From the IMG/VR virus record IMGVR_UViG_3300010354_000075, positions 3,306-67,305 of that record: a stretch of 64,000 bases of DNA; one strand, given 5' to 3'. Shown here one piece after another: positions 9,669-19,016 of this stretch (positions within the stretch are counted from its first letter, which is position 1; every line of letters starts with the position of its first letter). This DNA is from a virus. The position numbers were made by a program, and so were the translations under genes. The notes under the pieces were generated by a model. That model saw nothing but the letters and a program-made list of their open reading frames with translations, made no database searches and was not told the origin of the DNA.

Positions 9669-10722
9669 AATTAATTTCGTTTTGATATGCTTTATTATAG
9701 GCGCAGGTTCTAATACATCTAACTAGATGTTTAGCATGAGCCGGATTCCAACTTTCAGAAAGTATACGGTCAAACCATGGGTGTTCTAAGACCTCATCAA
9801 TAGAATGACATTTTAAACTGTTCCATCCTTCTGAATACTCACTTAATTTTTCTACAATACTTTCTTTATTTTTAAACATACTATCCCATAAAAAACAGCA
9901 AGGCCACATTGTTTGATTGCTGGCTATAAAAATTTCTCCTTCATGAACTAACTTACAAGTAATTGAATCTAAAATCTGTTGTTGTTTATCAACTATAGGA
10001 ATCATAAACATTCCTTTATTATATGTTGAAATAAACTTATCTAAGTCTTTTACTAAATCTTTTTTACTATGTTCCTTAGTTCCAGTAGTAGTAATCACTA
10101 CTTGTTCTTTACTTTTATCTTTTTTTCTAATTTCTGCTATCCAATTATGATAGCTGTTTCTCATACCTGTTCTTGTAGCAAATTTAAATCCTAATCTCTC
10201 AGCATGTTGTTTAGCTGCAGACATCTCATGTTCATTATGATCAAATACAATATAAATCCAAGATGCTGAACCTTGGGCTTGAGAATAAGCTGTCATGTTT
10301 TTTTCAATTACGTGAAATAAAGTGTTAACACGATATATATGATTCGTCTCTTTATGTCCATCTACGCAAAAACTTACATCGACTAAATTAGTGTCTTTAC
10401 TTAATTTTCCTAATCTACTCCACCAACTAGTCGATAAAAGTCCTCCATTTGTACTAATCTGACAATATCCTTTATTACTCACGAGATATTCTATCATCTC
10501 GTAACATTCTTTGTTTGCTATTGGATCACCTAATACACCACAAAATTTAAACTCTTTTCCCTGAATATATTTCTGAGTAGGAAAAATTCTTTTTAAATCC
10601 TCTAGTCCAAAACTGTTAATTTCTAAAATGTCTGGATTCTGTGTTCGAGCACATCCTGGACAGGCAGCATTACAATTACTAGTAATTTCTAATTCTACTT
10701 TTTTAATACTATCTATATTCAT
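9658..10722 (-). CDS. Radical SAM protein with C-terminal SPASM/twitch domain
   Basis: CNAACPGC, FCGVLGDP, STNGG; C-terminal C..WPCC..CIRTC. Confidence 0.9.
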   Translation of the reverse strand: MNIDSIKKVELEITSNCNAACPGCARTQNPDILEINSFGLEDLKRIFPTQKYIQGKEFKFCGVLGDPIANKECYEMIEYLVSNKGYCQISTNGGLLSTSWWSRLGKLSKDTNLVDVSFCVDGHKETNHIYRVNTLFHVIEKNMTAYSQAQGSASWIYIVFDHNEHEMSAAKQHAERLGFKFATRTGMRNSYHNWIAEIRKKDKSKEQVVITTTGTKEHSKKDLVKDLDKFISTYNKGMFMIPIVDKQQQILDSITCKLVHEGEIFIASNQTMWPCCFLWDSMFKNKESIVEKLSEYSEGWNSLKCHSIDEVLEHPWFDRILSESWNPAHAKHLVRCIRTCAYNKAYQNEINYVN

Positions 10723-11891
10723 TTAAATTGATCACTAAAAGCATCATATTTAGCTCCGCACGTTTTAGCACAGACAGCTAATTTACCATCGGCACAACTA
10801 GGCAACTCCCACCTATTTGGTATAACTTCTGTAAAGTATTTTCCTTCGATTATATCTTCCAAGTTGTGTAATTTAGCATTTAAACTGTCTTTACCTACTT
10901 CATTAATTGCTTGCCAAATTTGTCCACCTAACGGTTTCCAGTACCAAACATACATTTGTCCTGCTGTCCAACAACAGGGCTGTACTATTCCTTCGGCGCT
11001 TATATATACAGACTTTTCTTCACTGACCTTACACTTTATTTCGACTGAGTCCCAATACTTTTCCATTTCTTTTTTCTTACTAGCGTCAAAAGTAAAAGTT
11101 TGTCTTCCTAATATTTTTTCAGCATCTTTTACTGTACTTGGTATAAATTTAACCTCGTGAATATTTTCACTAGCAATTTTACTAAGTTCTTGTAAACTGC
11201 TATTTCTATATTTTGAATTACGAGGAGACTGAAGTAATGTTGTAGTAATACCTTTACGATTAGCGGCTTGATGTAACTCTTTTGTTGTGCCGCTAACATT
11301 ACTGAAAAATCTAGCACTTTTTTTATACTGAAATTTCTCAAAACCCATTTTTTTACTTAGTTCTTCTGCTTGTTCAACTTGATGTTCATTATGAGCAAAA
11401 ACAATAAAATCCCAACGAGCATTGCCACCTGCTTGAATAAATGCTTGAGCATTTTCCATAATTTTTGACCAAACTGTATTTTGTCTGTATAAATGATTAG
11501 TGTCCTCTAACCCATCAATACTAAACACTACATAACTATTTTTTCCTAAAACTTTTGCTAAATTAGTCCACCAATCTGGTTTTTTAGCACTTCCATTTGT
11601 GTACATACTTAAATTCATTTTGGAATTGTTAATTCTAAAATATTCAAAAACTTCCAAAGTATCTTTTGCCGCAATAGGGTCTCCGTAATTACCGCACATG
11701 TACATACGTTTTAATTGAGAAATAAACTCTGGTTTAAAAATCTTTTTACAATCATCTAAACTTAGTTCTGTTCCTGGTAGTTGAGGGTTGTCCTCTCCTC
11801 CGTTAATGTTTCTAGCACACATAGGACAAGCAGCATTACAGCTATCTGTCATTTCTAGATGAACTGTTTGTATTTCATTATATCTATACAT
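10719..11891 (-). CDS. Radical SAM protein with C-terminal SPASM/twitch domain
   Basis: CNAACPMC, MCGNYGDP, TNGS, FSIDG; C-terminal C..QPCC..CAKTCG. Confidence 0.9.
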   Translation of the reverse strand: MYRYNEIQTVHLEMTDSCNAACPMCARNINGGEDNPQLPGTELSLDDCKKIFKPEFISQLKRMYMCGNYGDPIAAKDTLEVFEYFRINNSKMNLSMYTNGSAKKPDWWTNLAKVLGKNSYVVFSIDGLEDTNHLYRQNTVWSKIMENAQAFIQAGGNARWDFIVFAHNEHQVEQAEELSKKMGFEKFQYKKSARFFSNVSGTTKELHQAANRKGITTTLLQSPRNSKYRNSSLQELSKIASENIHEVKFIPSTVKDAEKILGRQTFTFDASKKKEMEKYWDSVEIKCKVSEEKSVYISAEGIVQPCCWTAGQMYVWYWKPLGGQIWQAINEVGKDSLNAKLHNLEDIIEGKYFTEVIPNRWELPSCADGKLAVCAKTCGAKYDAFSDQFK

Positions 11892-11905
11892 TAATGTTTT
11901 CCAAA

Positions 11906-12133
11906 TTAATTATCTATGACAAAGTTAATATCGATACCTGGACCTGCTTTACTAGGCAAATCACCGTATTGATCAATGTACCACTGAATTACTGCTTTAT
12001 ACCAGTTTTGACTATCATGATAAGCTTTTTGATTGAATTTATAAATGTTATCATTTGTAGCATCCATAGTAGCTACAGCTCTAGCACATTCTTTTTGTAA
12101 CGTTCGTAAATCAAACTGATCTAAGTCAATCAT
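11906..12133 (-). CDS. Small hypothetical protein (75 aa)
   Basis: ATGA overlap with the upstream stop; in-operon position; Trp/Tyr-rich. Confidence 0.7.
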   Translation of the reverse strand: MIDLDQFDLRTLQKECARAVATMDATNDNIYKFNQKAYHDSQNWYKAVIQWYIDQYGDLPSKAGPGIDINFVIDN

Positions 12134-12984
12134 GGATATCCTATAAGCATTACACGTTTATATCCTTTTAATTGTAGTTCTCCCTCAAATAAAATTTCTT
12201 CCATAGGATATTTTTTCTTCATGTGATCTATGCTATGAACGCAATTAACATGCTCCTCTACATCAAACAAATTATTACTTTGTATCACAACTAAAGGGTT
12301 AGTTTCAAAATTCTTAAATCTTATATCATCGTACCATTTTTGGTCCATGTGTTCAGCTGAAGTATTAATGATTAAATCAGGCATAAATGTTTCACTAAAA
12401 TGCTTTGCTTCTATGTTTTTAAAATTTTCAACATTTAGAACATATCCGGCTTTATGTAACACTAAATTGTTTATATCAGCACAGATAGCTTTTACTCTAT
12501 AATCTTCTATAAAATGTAAATTAAAAATATCGTCACTAATAAGACAGGCAACTTTGTCCATATCTACTATACGCACTTTTCCAAACTTTAAATCTCTAAA
12601 GTACTGTAATAATTGTCCATACCATCCTGCTAACAAAAGAACTTTTTTATGTTCTTTTTTTATCTTTCCTAATTCTTCTGCTAGCCAGATTTTACTTTGT
12701 ACTTGCCCTCTACTAAAAGCATCTTGTAAATGTTTTGCATTATGATCTTCTCTATAATACTTGTGGAATACAGTAAAAATGTTATTATGAGTAAATTTTC
12801 TTAACAGACTTACAAACTCCACTATATCTGCTTCATCTGTAGATTTTATCATAGGATTATTTGCGTATAATAATTTCAAGATGAAATCAGTATAATTACT
12901 ACTAGTTTCGTCTCCCTGAAATTTAAAAAATTCTTGTAATCCATGTAACCAAGATATAGTGCTCTTATCCAGTTCTTCCATCAT
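12130..12984 (-). CDS. Class I SAM-dependent methyltransferase-like protein
   Basis: VLLLAGWYG motif I, acidic VDMD after strand 2, ADIN, DLIINTSAEHM. Confidence 0.7.
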   Translation of the reverse strand: MMEELDKSTISWLHGLQEFFKFQGDETSSNYTDFILKLLYANNPMIKSTDEADIVEFVSLLRKFTHNNIFTVFHKYYREDHNAKHLQDAFSRGQVQSKIWLAEELGKIKKEHKKVLLLAGWYGQLLQYFRDLKFGKVRIVDMDKVACLISDDIFNLHFIEDYRVKAICADINNLVLHKAGYVLNVENFKNIEAKHFSETFMPDLIINTSAEHMDQKWYDDIRFKNFETNPLVVIQSNNLFDVEEHVNCVHSIDHMKKKYPMEEILFEGELQLKGYKRVMLIGYP

Positions 12985-13654
12985 ACATCCTTTCAAAATA
13001 TTGCTTCAACCACCCAAAATCATTTATTTTCGCTAGTTCAGTAAGATTACCTTGATTAAATTTACCAAACTCTTCTCCATGTCTAGCACCATCTAATGCA
13101 TATTGTCCAAATGGTCTGTCTATACCTTTGATTTTCCAAGCTAATAATCTTTCTTCTGTTTCATCTGTTTTCTGTCTATCAATGACTTTGCTTGACAATT
13201 TACAGCATTCTCTAAATGCACTTCTCCAAGTGCTATATGGATCTGTATTAAACGCAGTGATATTACTTACTTCCGGCATTGGTTTAAAATGTTTACTTAT
13301 ACTGGTAGTCATATCAGGCTTACTGGTATCCATATTAATAGTTGCTAATCTTGGCAACAGTTTTACTCCACCATATCCATATTCTAAATCGTTTACAGGA
13401 TTACGACTTCTCCAAACATGAACAAATTTTGTTTGATCTGTGGTATAACTAAAGTCAAAACTTTCTAAAATTTCAGCATCGCCGTCTACTACCCAAAACA
13501 TATTAGTAAAACATTTTCTAGCTGCTGCTATATGAGCATTATGTATGCCCCTTACTCTATGAATACGTTTTGCCCAATAAAATCTTTTCGACAAGTTCTC
13601 CCAATTCTTTTCAGCGTTAGGTTCTTTATAACTTATGAAAACAATATCATACAT
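12965..13654 (-). CDS. GT-A fold (GT2-like) glycosyltransferase
   Basis: N-terminal DIVFISY, FWVVDGD DxD motif; paralog of 13654..14562. Confidence 0.65.
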   Translation of the reverse strand: MYDIVFISYKEPNAEKNWENLSKRFYWAKRIHRVRGIHNAHIAAARKCFTNMFWVVDGDAEILESFDFSYTTDQTKFVHVWRSRNPVNDLEYGYGGVKLLPRLATINMDTSKPDMTTSISKHFKPMPEVSNITAFNTDPYSTWRSAFRECCKLSSKVIDRQKTDETEERLLAWKIKGIDRPFGQYALDGARHGEEFGKFNQGNLTELAKINDFGWLKQYFERMYDGRTG

Positions 13655-14562
13655 CAGGATACCACCAAATTATTTTTCATTCTCGGAGGATTTATGTATA
13701 CTGTTTTAAAAAATATACTTTGATTTGGTAAGAAAGGATGAGGGCACGGAATTTTTAATTGAGATTCTATTTCGATTCCTAAATTTGTTATATCTGTTTC
13801 TATAGTAATGTCAGACACAGTTTCTTCATACAGATTATTAAGATACTTAAAATCTCTGACATTTGTAAAATCCCAGTCTGTACAATTTGTTTTATAACAT
13901 CCTTGTCTTGCTCCTAGCATAGCATAAAATCCGTTAGGTACATCCGCTCCTATAGTCATCCATATAAGTAGTCTATGTAAATTTTTCCAATGTACCTGTC
14001 TATCAAAAGGTCTGTCCTTAGTAGGTTTAGATCCTTCTAACAAACTCATTTTTACACCTTCTCTAAATCCTGCTCGCCATGCTTGATGCGGGCTACCATT
14101 ATTATATACGTCACTCATACATCTGTCCATTTGTATATAATTAATGTCCCAACAAAAATCAACTTGTGTTTTAGCATTATCTGATTCAGCGTTTTCATGA
14201 GTTCGCATGTTTAATATTAAGTCTGTAGGCCAGCATTTAACTCCGCCATTACCGTAAATTAAACCATTAATAATATTTCTTGCTCCCCAACTTATTACAC
14301 AATTAGTGTTAGCATCATCATAGAATTCAATTTCTTGATTAATTAAATCAGGTCTAACAATATTATCACCATCTACAATAACCACTCGCTCAGTTTCTGC
14401 TAATCTAGCACAAGCTTTATGTGCGCTATCACTACCATCGACTCCATGAACTCTTTTAGCCCAAGGGATTTTAGTTAAAAGATCAGCATAATTTTGTTCC
14501 GCATTTGGTTCATCATAGCTTAAATAAATTACATCACAATCAGCAACTTTTATTTTATACAT
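13654..14562 (-). CDS. GT-A fold (GT2-like) glycosyltransferase
   Basis: DVIYLSYDEPNAE, VIVDGD DxD motif, YGNGGVK and WRAGFRE shared with its neighbour. Confidence 0.65.
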   Translation of the reverse strand: MYKIKVADCDVIYLSYDEPNAEQNYADLLTKIPWAKRVHGVDGSDSAHKACARLAETERVVIVDGDNIVRPDLINQEIEFYDDANTNCVISWGARNIINGLIYGNGGVKCWPTDLILNMRTHENAESDNAKTQVDFCWDINYIQMDRCMSDVYNNGSPHQAWRAGFREGVKMSLLEGSKPTKDRPFDRQVHWKNLHRLLIWMTIGADVPNGFYAMLGARQGCYKTNCTDWDFTNVRDFKYLNNLYEETVSDITIETDITNLGIEIESQLKIPCPHPFLPNQSIFFKTVYINPPRMKNNLVVS

Positions 14563-15055
14563 AAATTAATCCATATGACTTATACGATATATTTGCTAAA
14601 ACTAAAATTTCATTAACTTTATATTCTAAACTGTCTATAAAAGAAACAGTAAATACTTTTTTAGCAGGTATATCAATCTTTCTAATTAAAAAATTTAGAT
14701 TATCGTTTTTACAAATATAAAAGGTAAAATTAAATAATTCCTTCGAGTTTACTATTATATCCCAACTATTAGTTTTAAGATTATGAGTTATAGTAACTTG
14801 TTCTTTTCCGTTACTTTTATCTACAATAAAAAAATCTTTATATACTAAATTTGTTGGTTCTGTAGATAATTTAATTTGTTTTGTTCCGGAACTAAGACTA
14901 GAAATTTTAAATTTTGTAAAATCTTTAGATCCGTTAAGAAAATCTGTTATTTCAGATTCGTCTGTTTCAAGATAAGTACCTTCTGTTTTTTTTTCGTTAG
15001 TTACAGAAGTAATATTTCCATCGTTATCATAATATACAAAAAATTTAGATCCCAC
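14555..15055 (-). CDS. Hypothetical protein
   Basis: GTG start at 15055 behind a GAGG Shine-Dalgarno; overlaps both neighbours. Confidence 0.65.
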   Translation of the reverse strand: MGSKFFVYYDNDGNITSVTNEKKTEGTYLETDESEITDFLNGSKDFTKFKISSLSSGTKQIKLSTEPTNLVYKDFFIVDKSNGKEQVTITHNLKTNSWDIIVNSKELFNFTFYICKNDNLNFLIRKIDIPAKKVFTVSFIDSLEYKVNEILVLANISYKSYGLIYV

Positions 15056-15881
15056 AATTTTCCTCAACGATTTGAAATATATTTTGATTTAAAAAATTAT
15101 CTTCAGTATAATGAAAAACACCATGCTGTAAACAATTGTTAATCCTTAATTCTAATTTAGAATTAAGATGAACATTCACAGCAGATTGCCAAGAAGAAGG
15201 AACAGGATACCAATTTTGTAACGCAGGTTTCATATGAATAAAATTTAAAGGATTAGCACTGGCAAATTCGTACTCAGCATTCATAATTTTTGTAGCTATA
15301 GCTGACGAAACATCCATACTACAAAATTTTTGTGTATTGTTTAATGTATGTTCGTTATAAAAAAGTCTCCAGTTTTTAACTATTATCTCTAACCATTTAT
15401 AAAATTCAAACGCACGTCTAGTTTTTTTAAAAAAATGTAATCCAAAATAAACATTTGGCAAATCATTATCTATAAATGTTTTTCGATATGTAGTATCTTT
15501 TATTAAATTATTTTTGTAGTTAAACACCTTACTGGTCAATGCCACATTTTTAGTTTCCAAATGCTTCCACCAATGATCTGTCGATGATAAAACTAACATG
15601 TCTGTATCATACACGATAGTTTCGTCAAAGGGACTTATGTGTATAAGCTTCCATCGATTTTCAATTTTCCAATCACTATTAGCAGCATCGTCAGTCCATG
15701 GAATCGTTTCGACTTTATCAAAAGCTTTTAAATATTTTAACGGAACAACATCATTTGTTACTAAACATGTTTTATTAAATTTGTTAAATTTCTTAATAGT
15801 AAGCGCAGCTATATAAGCTTGAGTAACATAATCGACTCCAGAATTCTGAGCAAAAAATAAATGTCCGCGATTACTCATCAT
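15045..15881 (-). CDS. GT-A fold (GT8-like) glycosyltransferase
   Basis: SPFDETIVYDTD DxD motif, late FIHMK His motif; paralog of 15871..16707. Confidence 0.65.
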   Translation of the reverse strand: MMSNRGHLFFAQNSGVDYVTQAYIAALTIKKFNKFNKTCLVTNDVVPLKYLKAFDKVETIPWTDDAANSDWKIENRWKLIHISPFDETIVYDTDMLVLSSTDHWWKHLETKNVALTSKVFNYKNNLIKDTTYRKTFIDNDLPNVYFGLHFFKKTRRAFEFYKWLEIIVKNWRLFYNEHTLNNTQKFCSMDVSSAIATKIMNAEYEFASANPLNFIHMKPALQNWYPVPSSWQSAVNVHLNSKLELRINNCLQHGVFHYTEDNFLNQNIFQIVEENCGI

Positions 15882-16707
15882 ACGCCCTTAATAAACTAAA
15901 TTTATTCATAACATGTACATCTAAATTATCAATTTTTACTCCAGTAAATTCCCCTAGACAATTTTCCTTTTCAACTAAAAATGATAAAGAATTTTCTTTA
16001 ATTTTTAACAAAATGTCTTTATCAAGTGTATAATACATTTTTCCTACAATCTTTCCATCAAACAAGTTTATATCAGTTCCATTTAGAATATGAATAGCTA
16101 TACTAAAAGCGTAATCATTTCTAAATTTTGTATCTCCTATCTGATAAATCAATCTATAATAATCCCAATTATTTCTAATATGATCAACTAGATTAAAAAA
16201 TACTAAATTAGACTTACTCTTAGTAAAATAAAACACTGTAGCCCAATAAAAAGGAATAGAATACTGATTAATCTGAGTAAATTCAGAAATATTTCTCCAG
16301 CCTGCTAAATCAAATGAATCCTTAAAACATAAAAAATCATGATTAGTATCAAAAACATGAAGCAAAAAATCCGAATTTACTACGTAATCTACATCTAAAA
16401 CTAAAGTTTGGTCATAAGGACTTAAATCATAAGCAGTAGCTCTGTTTGAATTCTTCCATACATACCTTTCAGAAAAATTATGACCATCACTAAATTTTTT
16501 TGTCTGTAACGTTTCATCTTTGCTTTTTACAATTTTATCAAACAAATCTAAACTAGTTTTATAATTCTCATTCAGATATTCTTCACTGTCGGTAATGATA
16601 GTAACAGGAAGATTATAATAATATTTTAGACGTTCAGTTAACTTTACAGCTAACTTAACATAATCCATTTTTGAATTCATGGCGAATAATAATATGCCTT
16701 TAGTCAT
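15871..16707 (-). CDS. GT-A fold (GT8-like) glycosyltransferase
   Basis: SPYDQTLVLDVD DxD motif, RNDYAFS, VHVMNK. Confidence 0.65.
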   Translation of the reverse strand: MTKGILLFAMNSKMDYVKLAVKLTERLKYYYNLPVTIITDSEEYLNENYKTSLDLFDKIVKSKDETLQTKKFSDGHNFSERYVWKNSNRATAYDLSPYDQTLVLDVDYVVNSDFLLHVFDTNHDFLCFKDSFDLAGWRNISEFTQINQYSIPFYWATVFYFTKSKSNLVFFNLVDHIRNNWDYYRLIYQIGDTKFRNDYAFSIAIHILNGTDINLFDGKIVGKMYYTLDKDILLKIKENSLSFLVEKENCLGEFTGVKIDNLDVHVMNKFSLLRAYDE

Positions 16708-17054
16708 AAATCTAAAATATTTTTAATATTCCTATTAGTTTTAAGTTTTTCAAATTTAGAATAATAAGCATTATTTGCCTGAAAATGCTTATCTAGCAAA
16801 GACTCTAGAAATTTTTCTATATCCAAAATTAATATAGGTGTTTGATTAATATCTAATACAACCAACTGCTTTTCTTTGGTTAATTCTTTTAACGTTTTTA
16901 CATAGACGATAGTTTCATTATTTGCCTTAAAAATTCCTCCTGATTCAAAATACATTAAATTTTGATCATATTCTTCTTTAAGCACTCGCTTTTGATTAGC
17001 AATAGTAACCATCAAATTACTAATTTCGAAAGCTTTTTCAATATTTTGATCCAC
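16704..17054 (-). CDS. Hypothetical protein (116 aa), first gene of the tailoring cluster
   Basis: GTG start with GGAG Shine-Dalgarno; ATGA overlap with the next gene. Confidence 0.7.
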   Translation of the reverse strand: MDQNIEKAFEISNLMVTIANQKRVLKEEYDQNLMYFESGGIFKANNETIVYVKTLKELTKEKQLVVLDINQTPILILDIEKFLESLLDKHFQANNAYYSKFEKLKTNRNIKNILDL

Positions 17055-17066
17055 AATTACTCCACA

Positions 17067-17099
17067 ATTATAATCTTATACTATAATTATGCGAGTTTC
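17067..17099 (-). promoter_or_regulatory. Probable promoter of the tailoring cluster
   Basis: Minus strand reads GAAACTCGCA (variant of the AAANTACGCA element) followed by TAATTA and TATAAT in the 61-bp gap. Confidence 0.4.
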
Positions 17100-17115
17100 G
17101 TGTGATAAGTTTGAA

Positions 17116-18081
17116 TTATGAACCTGTGAAAGTACTAGAAACTGTTGGACCGGTAACAGATACATTAGAACCAGATGGTCTAAAAATTGTAACCAAACTG
17201 GCTGTTGTACCTGTAACTGATTCATCAACTCTATTAGGATAAGGATCAAATGGCGTGGTGTCGTCGCCGATATCAGCGTCAACAAAGTTAATAGTTAAAA
17301 GAACTTGAGTAGGATTAGGGGAAGCGTTTACTCTTGCCTGAATTTGGTAATAGTTTTCCGCGTAATTACCTGAAGGACCATTTTTTATATAAATTTGTTG
17401 ATTAGTAGTAGTCAGATCGTAAAATCCAATAGCACTTCCTGTTCCCCTTTGGTCTGACGGTGATGTATCAAAAGTTCCTGCTAGTGTATCTGTAAGTGTA
17501 TGATTCATGTACATAGTACCCTGCCCGTTCAAGGTAGAATTATTTCCTAACATATTACTCCAGGCAGTGTCTTTTGTATGAGCTGCTGTTCCAGATCTAT
17601 AAGCTCTAATTCTTATTTCACCGCCTGCGTTAAAGAAATATCTAGCATTATTAGCATTACTGAAGTCAATAGTTACAGAATGTACTAAGCTTACACTCCA
17701 GTTTGTGGATCTAGTAGATGTTCCTCCTGCTGGTGCTTCTACTGTACCTTGATTACTTGCTACGGTTCTTTTATTTGTTGTAATTGTATCCGCTAAAAGG
17801 TTCGCTTGATTCCATACAGCATAAGTTATCTTTGCTGCTGATGATATAGTATCTAAACTGCCGGATGGATCAACACCGGTCTGATGATATCTTGCTCTAA
17901 TTAAATCAGATCTTAGATTATTCCAAACTGCTACTGAAATATCTGCGTTAACACTTTGTGCTGAACTTGACAAGTCGGCTTGCCCGTACCCGTCTGTGTT
18001 TTGTCCCATAACAGCGTTCATTTTATTATAAACTATGTTATAATCATTTGCCTGTATTTTACTACTAACAGCTATTGTCAT
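17116..18081 (-). CDS. Virion structural protein (paralog of 18090..19004)
   Basis: Ser/Thr/Asn/Gly-rich; shares GYGQ, WNNLRxD..ARxHQTG, ARYFFNAGGxIR and IFRPSGxNVSVT with its neighbour. Confidence 0.65.
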   Translation of the reverse strand: MTIAVSSKIQANDYNIVYNKMNAVMGQNTDGYGQADLSSSAQSVNADISVAVWNNLRSDLIRARYHQTGVDPSGSLDTISSAAKITYAVWNQANLLADTITTNKRTVASNQGTVEAPAGGTSTRSTNWSVSLVHSVTIDFSNANNARYFFNAGGEIRIRAYRSGTAAHTKDTAWSNMLGNNSTLNGQGTMYMNHTLTDTLAGTFDTSPSDQRGTGSAIGFYDLTTTNQQIYIKNGPSGNYAENYYQIQARVNASPNPTQVLLTINFVDADIGDDTTPFDPYPNRVDESVTGTTASLVTIFRPSGSNVSVTGPTVSSTFTGS

Positions 18082-18089
18082 ATAAATTC

Positions 18090-19004
18090 CTATACAATAT
18101 TGTTAGTGCCTGTACCTTGTAATACAGGTGCTGTAACAGATACATTTGCTCCTGAAGGTCTAAAAATTGTTACTGTGCTGTTTAAAGTTCCTGTTACTGT
18201 CTCATCTACTTTAGGACCAAAAGGTGGGGGAGGAGCAGGATATGGTCTATTACCAAGATCATCATCTCTAAATTCTATTCGTAGGATAACATTAATCGGA
18301 TCAGTAGCATTATTTACACTAGCTTGAATGTTATAGTCGTTTTCTGTATAGGCATATACACTAGAACCTTTAAAATATACCTGCTGTGGTGTAGTAGTTA
18401 AATTATAAAAACCTTTTGTACTACCTGTTCCGCTGCCGCCAGCTAAAAAATTTGTAGAATTATAATCCATTCTGATTGTTCCCATACTACTTAATAAGTT
18501 AGTCCAATCAGTGTCTTTACTACTAGATGCCGCACCTGTTCTTGATGCTGTGAATCTTATTTGTCCGCCAGCGTTGAAAAAATATCTAGCTCTCAGAGAA
18601 TTAGCAAACGCTAAGGTAATACTATGGGCAATTACTCCGTTCCAAGCTAAGGATCTAGTAGCTACAGACATAGTTTCTATTGTAGCTTGATTACTAGCAC
18701 AAACTCGTTGATTTGTTGTTATTAATGTACAAAAATTATCATATTGAGTAATTAATGACGAAGTAATTGGTGTTGTTGTAGTAACTTGAGTAAGATTAGC
18801 TGCTTCGCTGACTCCGGTTTGATGTTGTCTAGCTTTTAGCATGTCAGTTCTAAGATTATTCCACATTGTGTTTGTAAATGTTTGACCAGACTGAACAGCA
18901 GTGCTTAATAAATCTTGGCCGTAACCGGTAGATCCTTTACCCATAACTAGATTCACTCTATCACGCAAATTATTGTAAATCGAAGCGGTTACACTTACTG
19001 ACAT
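18090..19004 (-). CDS. Virion structural protein (paralog of 17116..18081)
   Basis: Same shared motifs; lies in the tail fibre operon. Confidence 0.65.
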   Translation of the reverse strand: MSVSVTASIYNNLRDRVNLVMGKGSTGYGQDLLSTAVQSGQTFTNTMWNNLRTDMLKARQHQTGVSEAANLTQVTTTTPITSSLITQYDNFCTLITTNQRVCASNQATIETMSVATRSLAWNGVIAHSITLAFANSLRARYFFNAGGQIRFTASRTGAASSSKDTDWTNLLSSMGTIRMDYNSTNFLAGGSGTGSTKGFYNLTTTPQQVYFKGSSVYAYTENDYNIQASVNNATDPINVILRIEFRDDDLGNRPYPAPPPPFGPKVDETVTGTLNSTVTIFRPSGANVSVTAPVLQGTGTNNIV

Positions 19005-19016
19005 ATTATTATTCCA

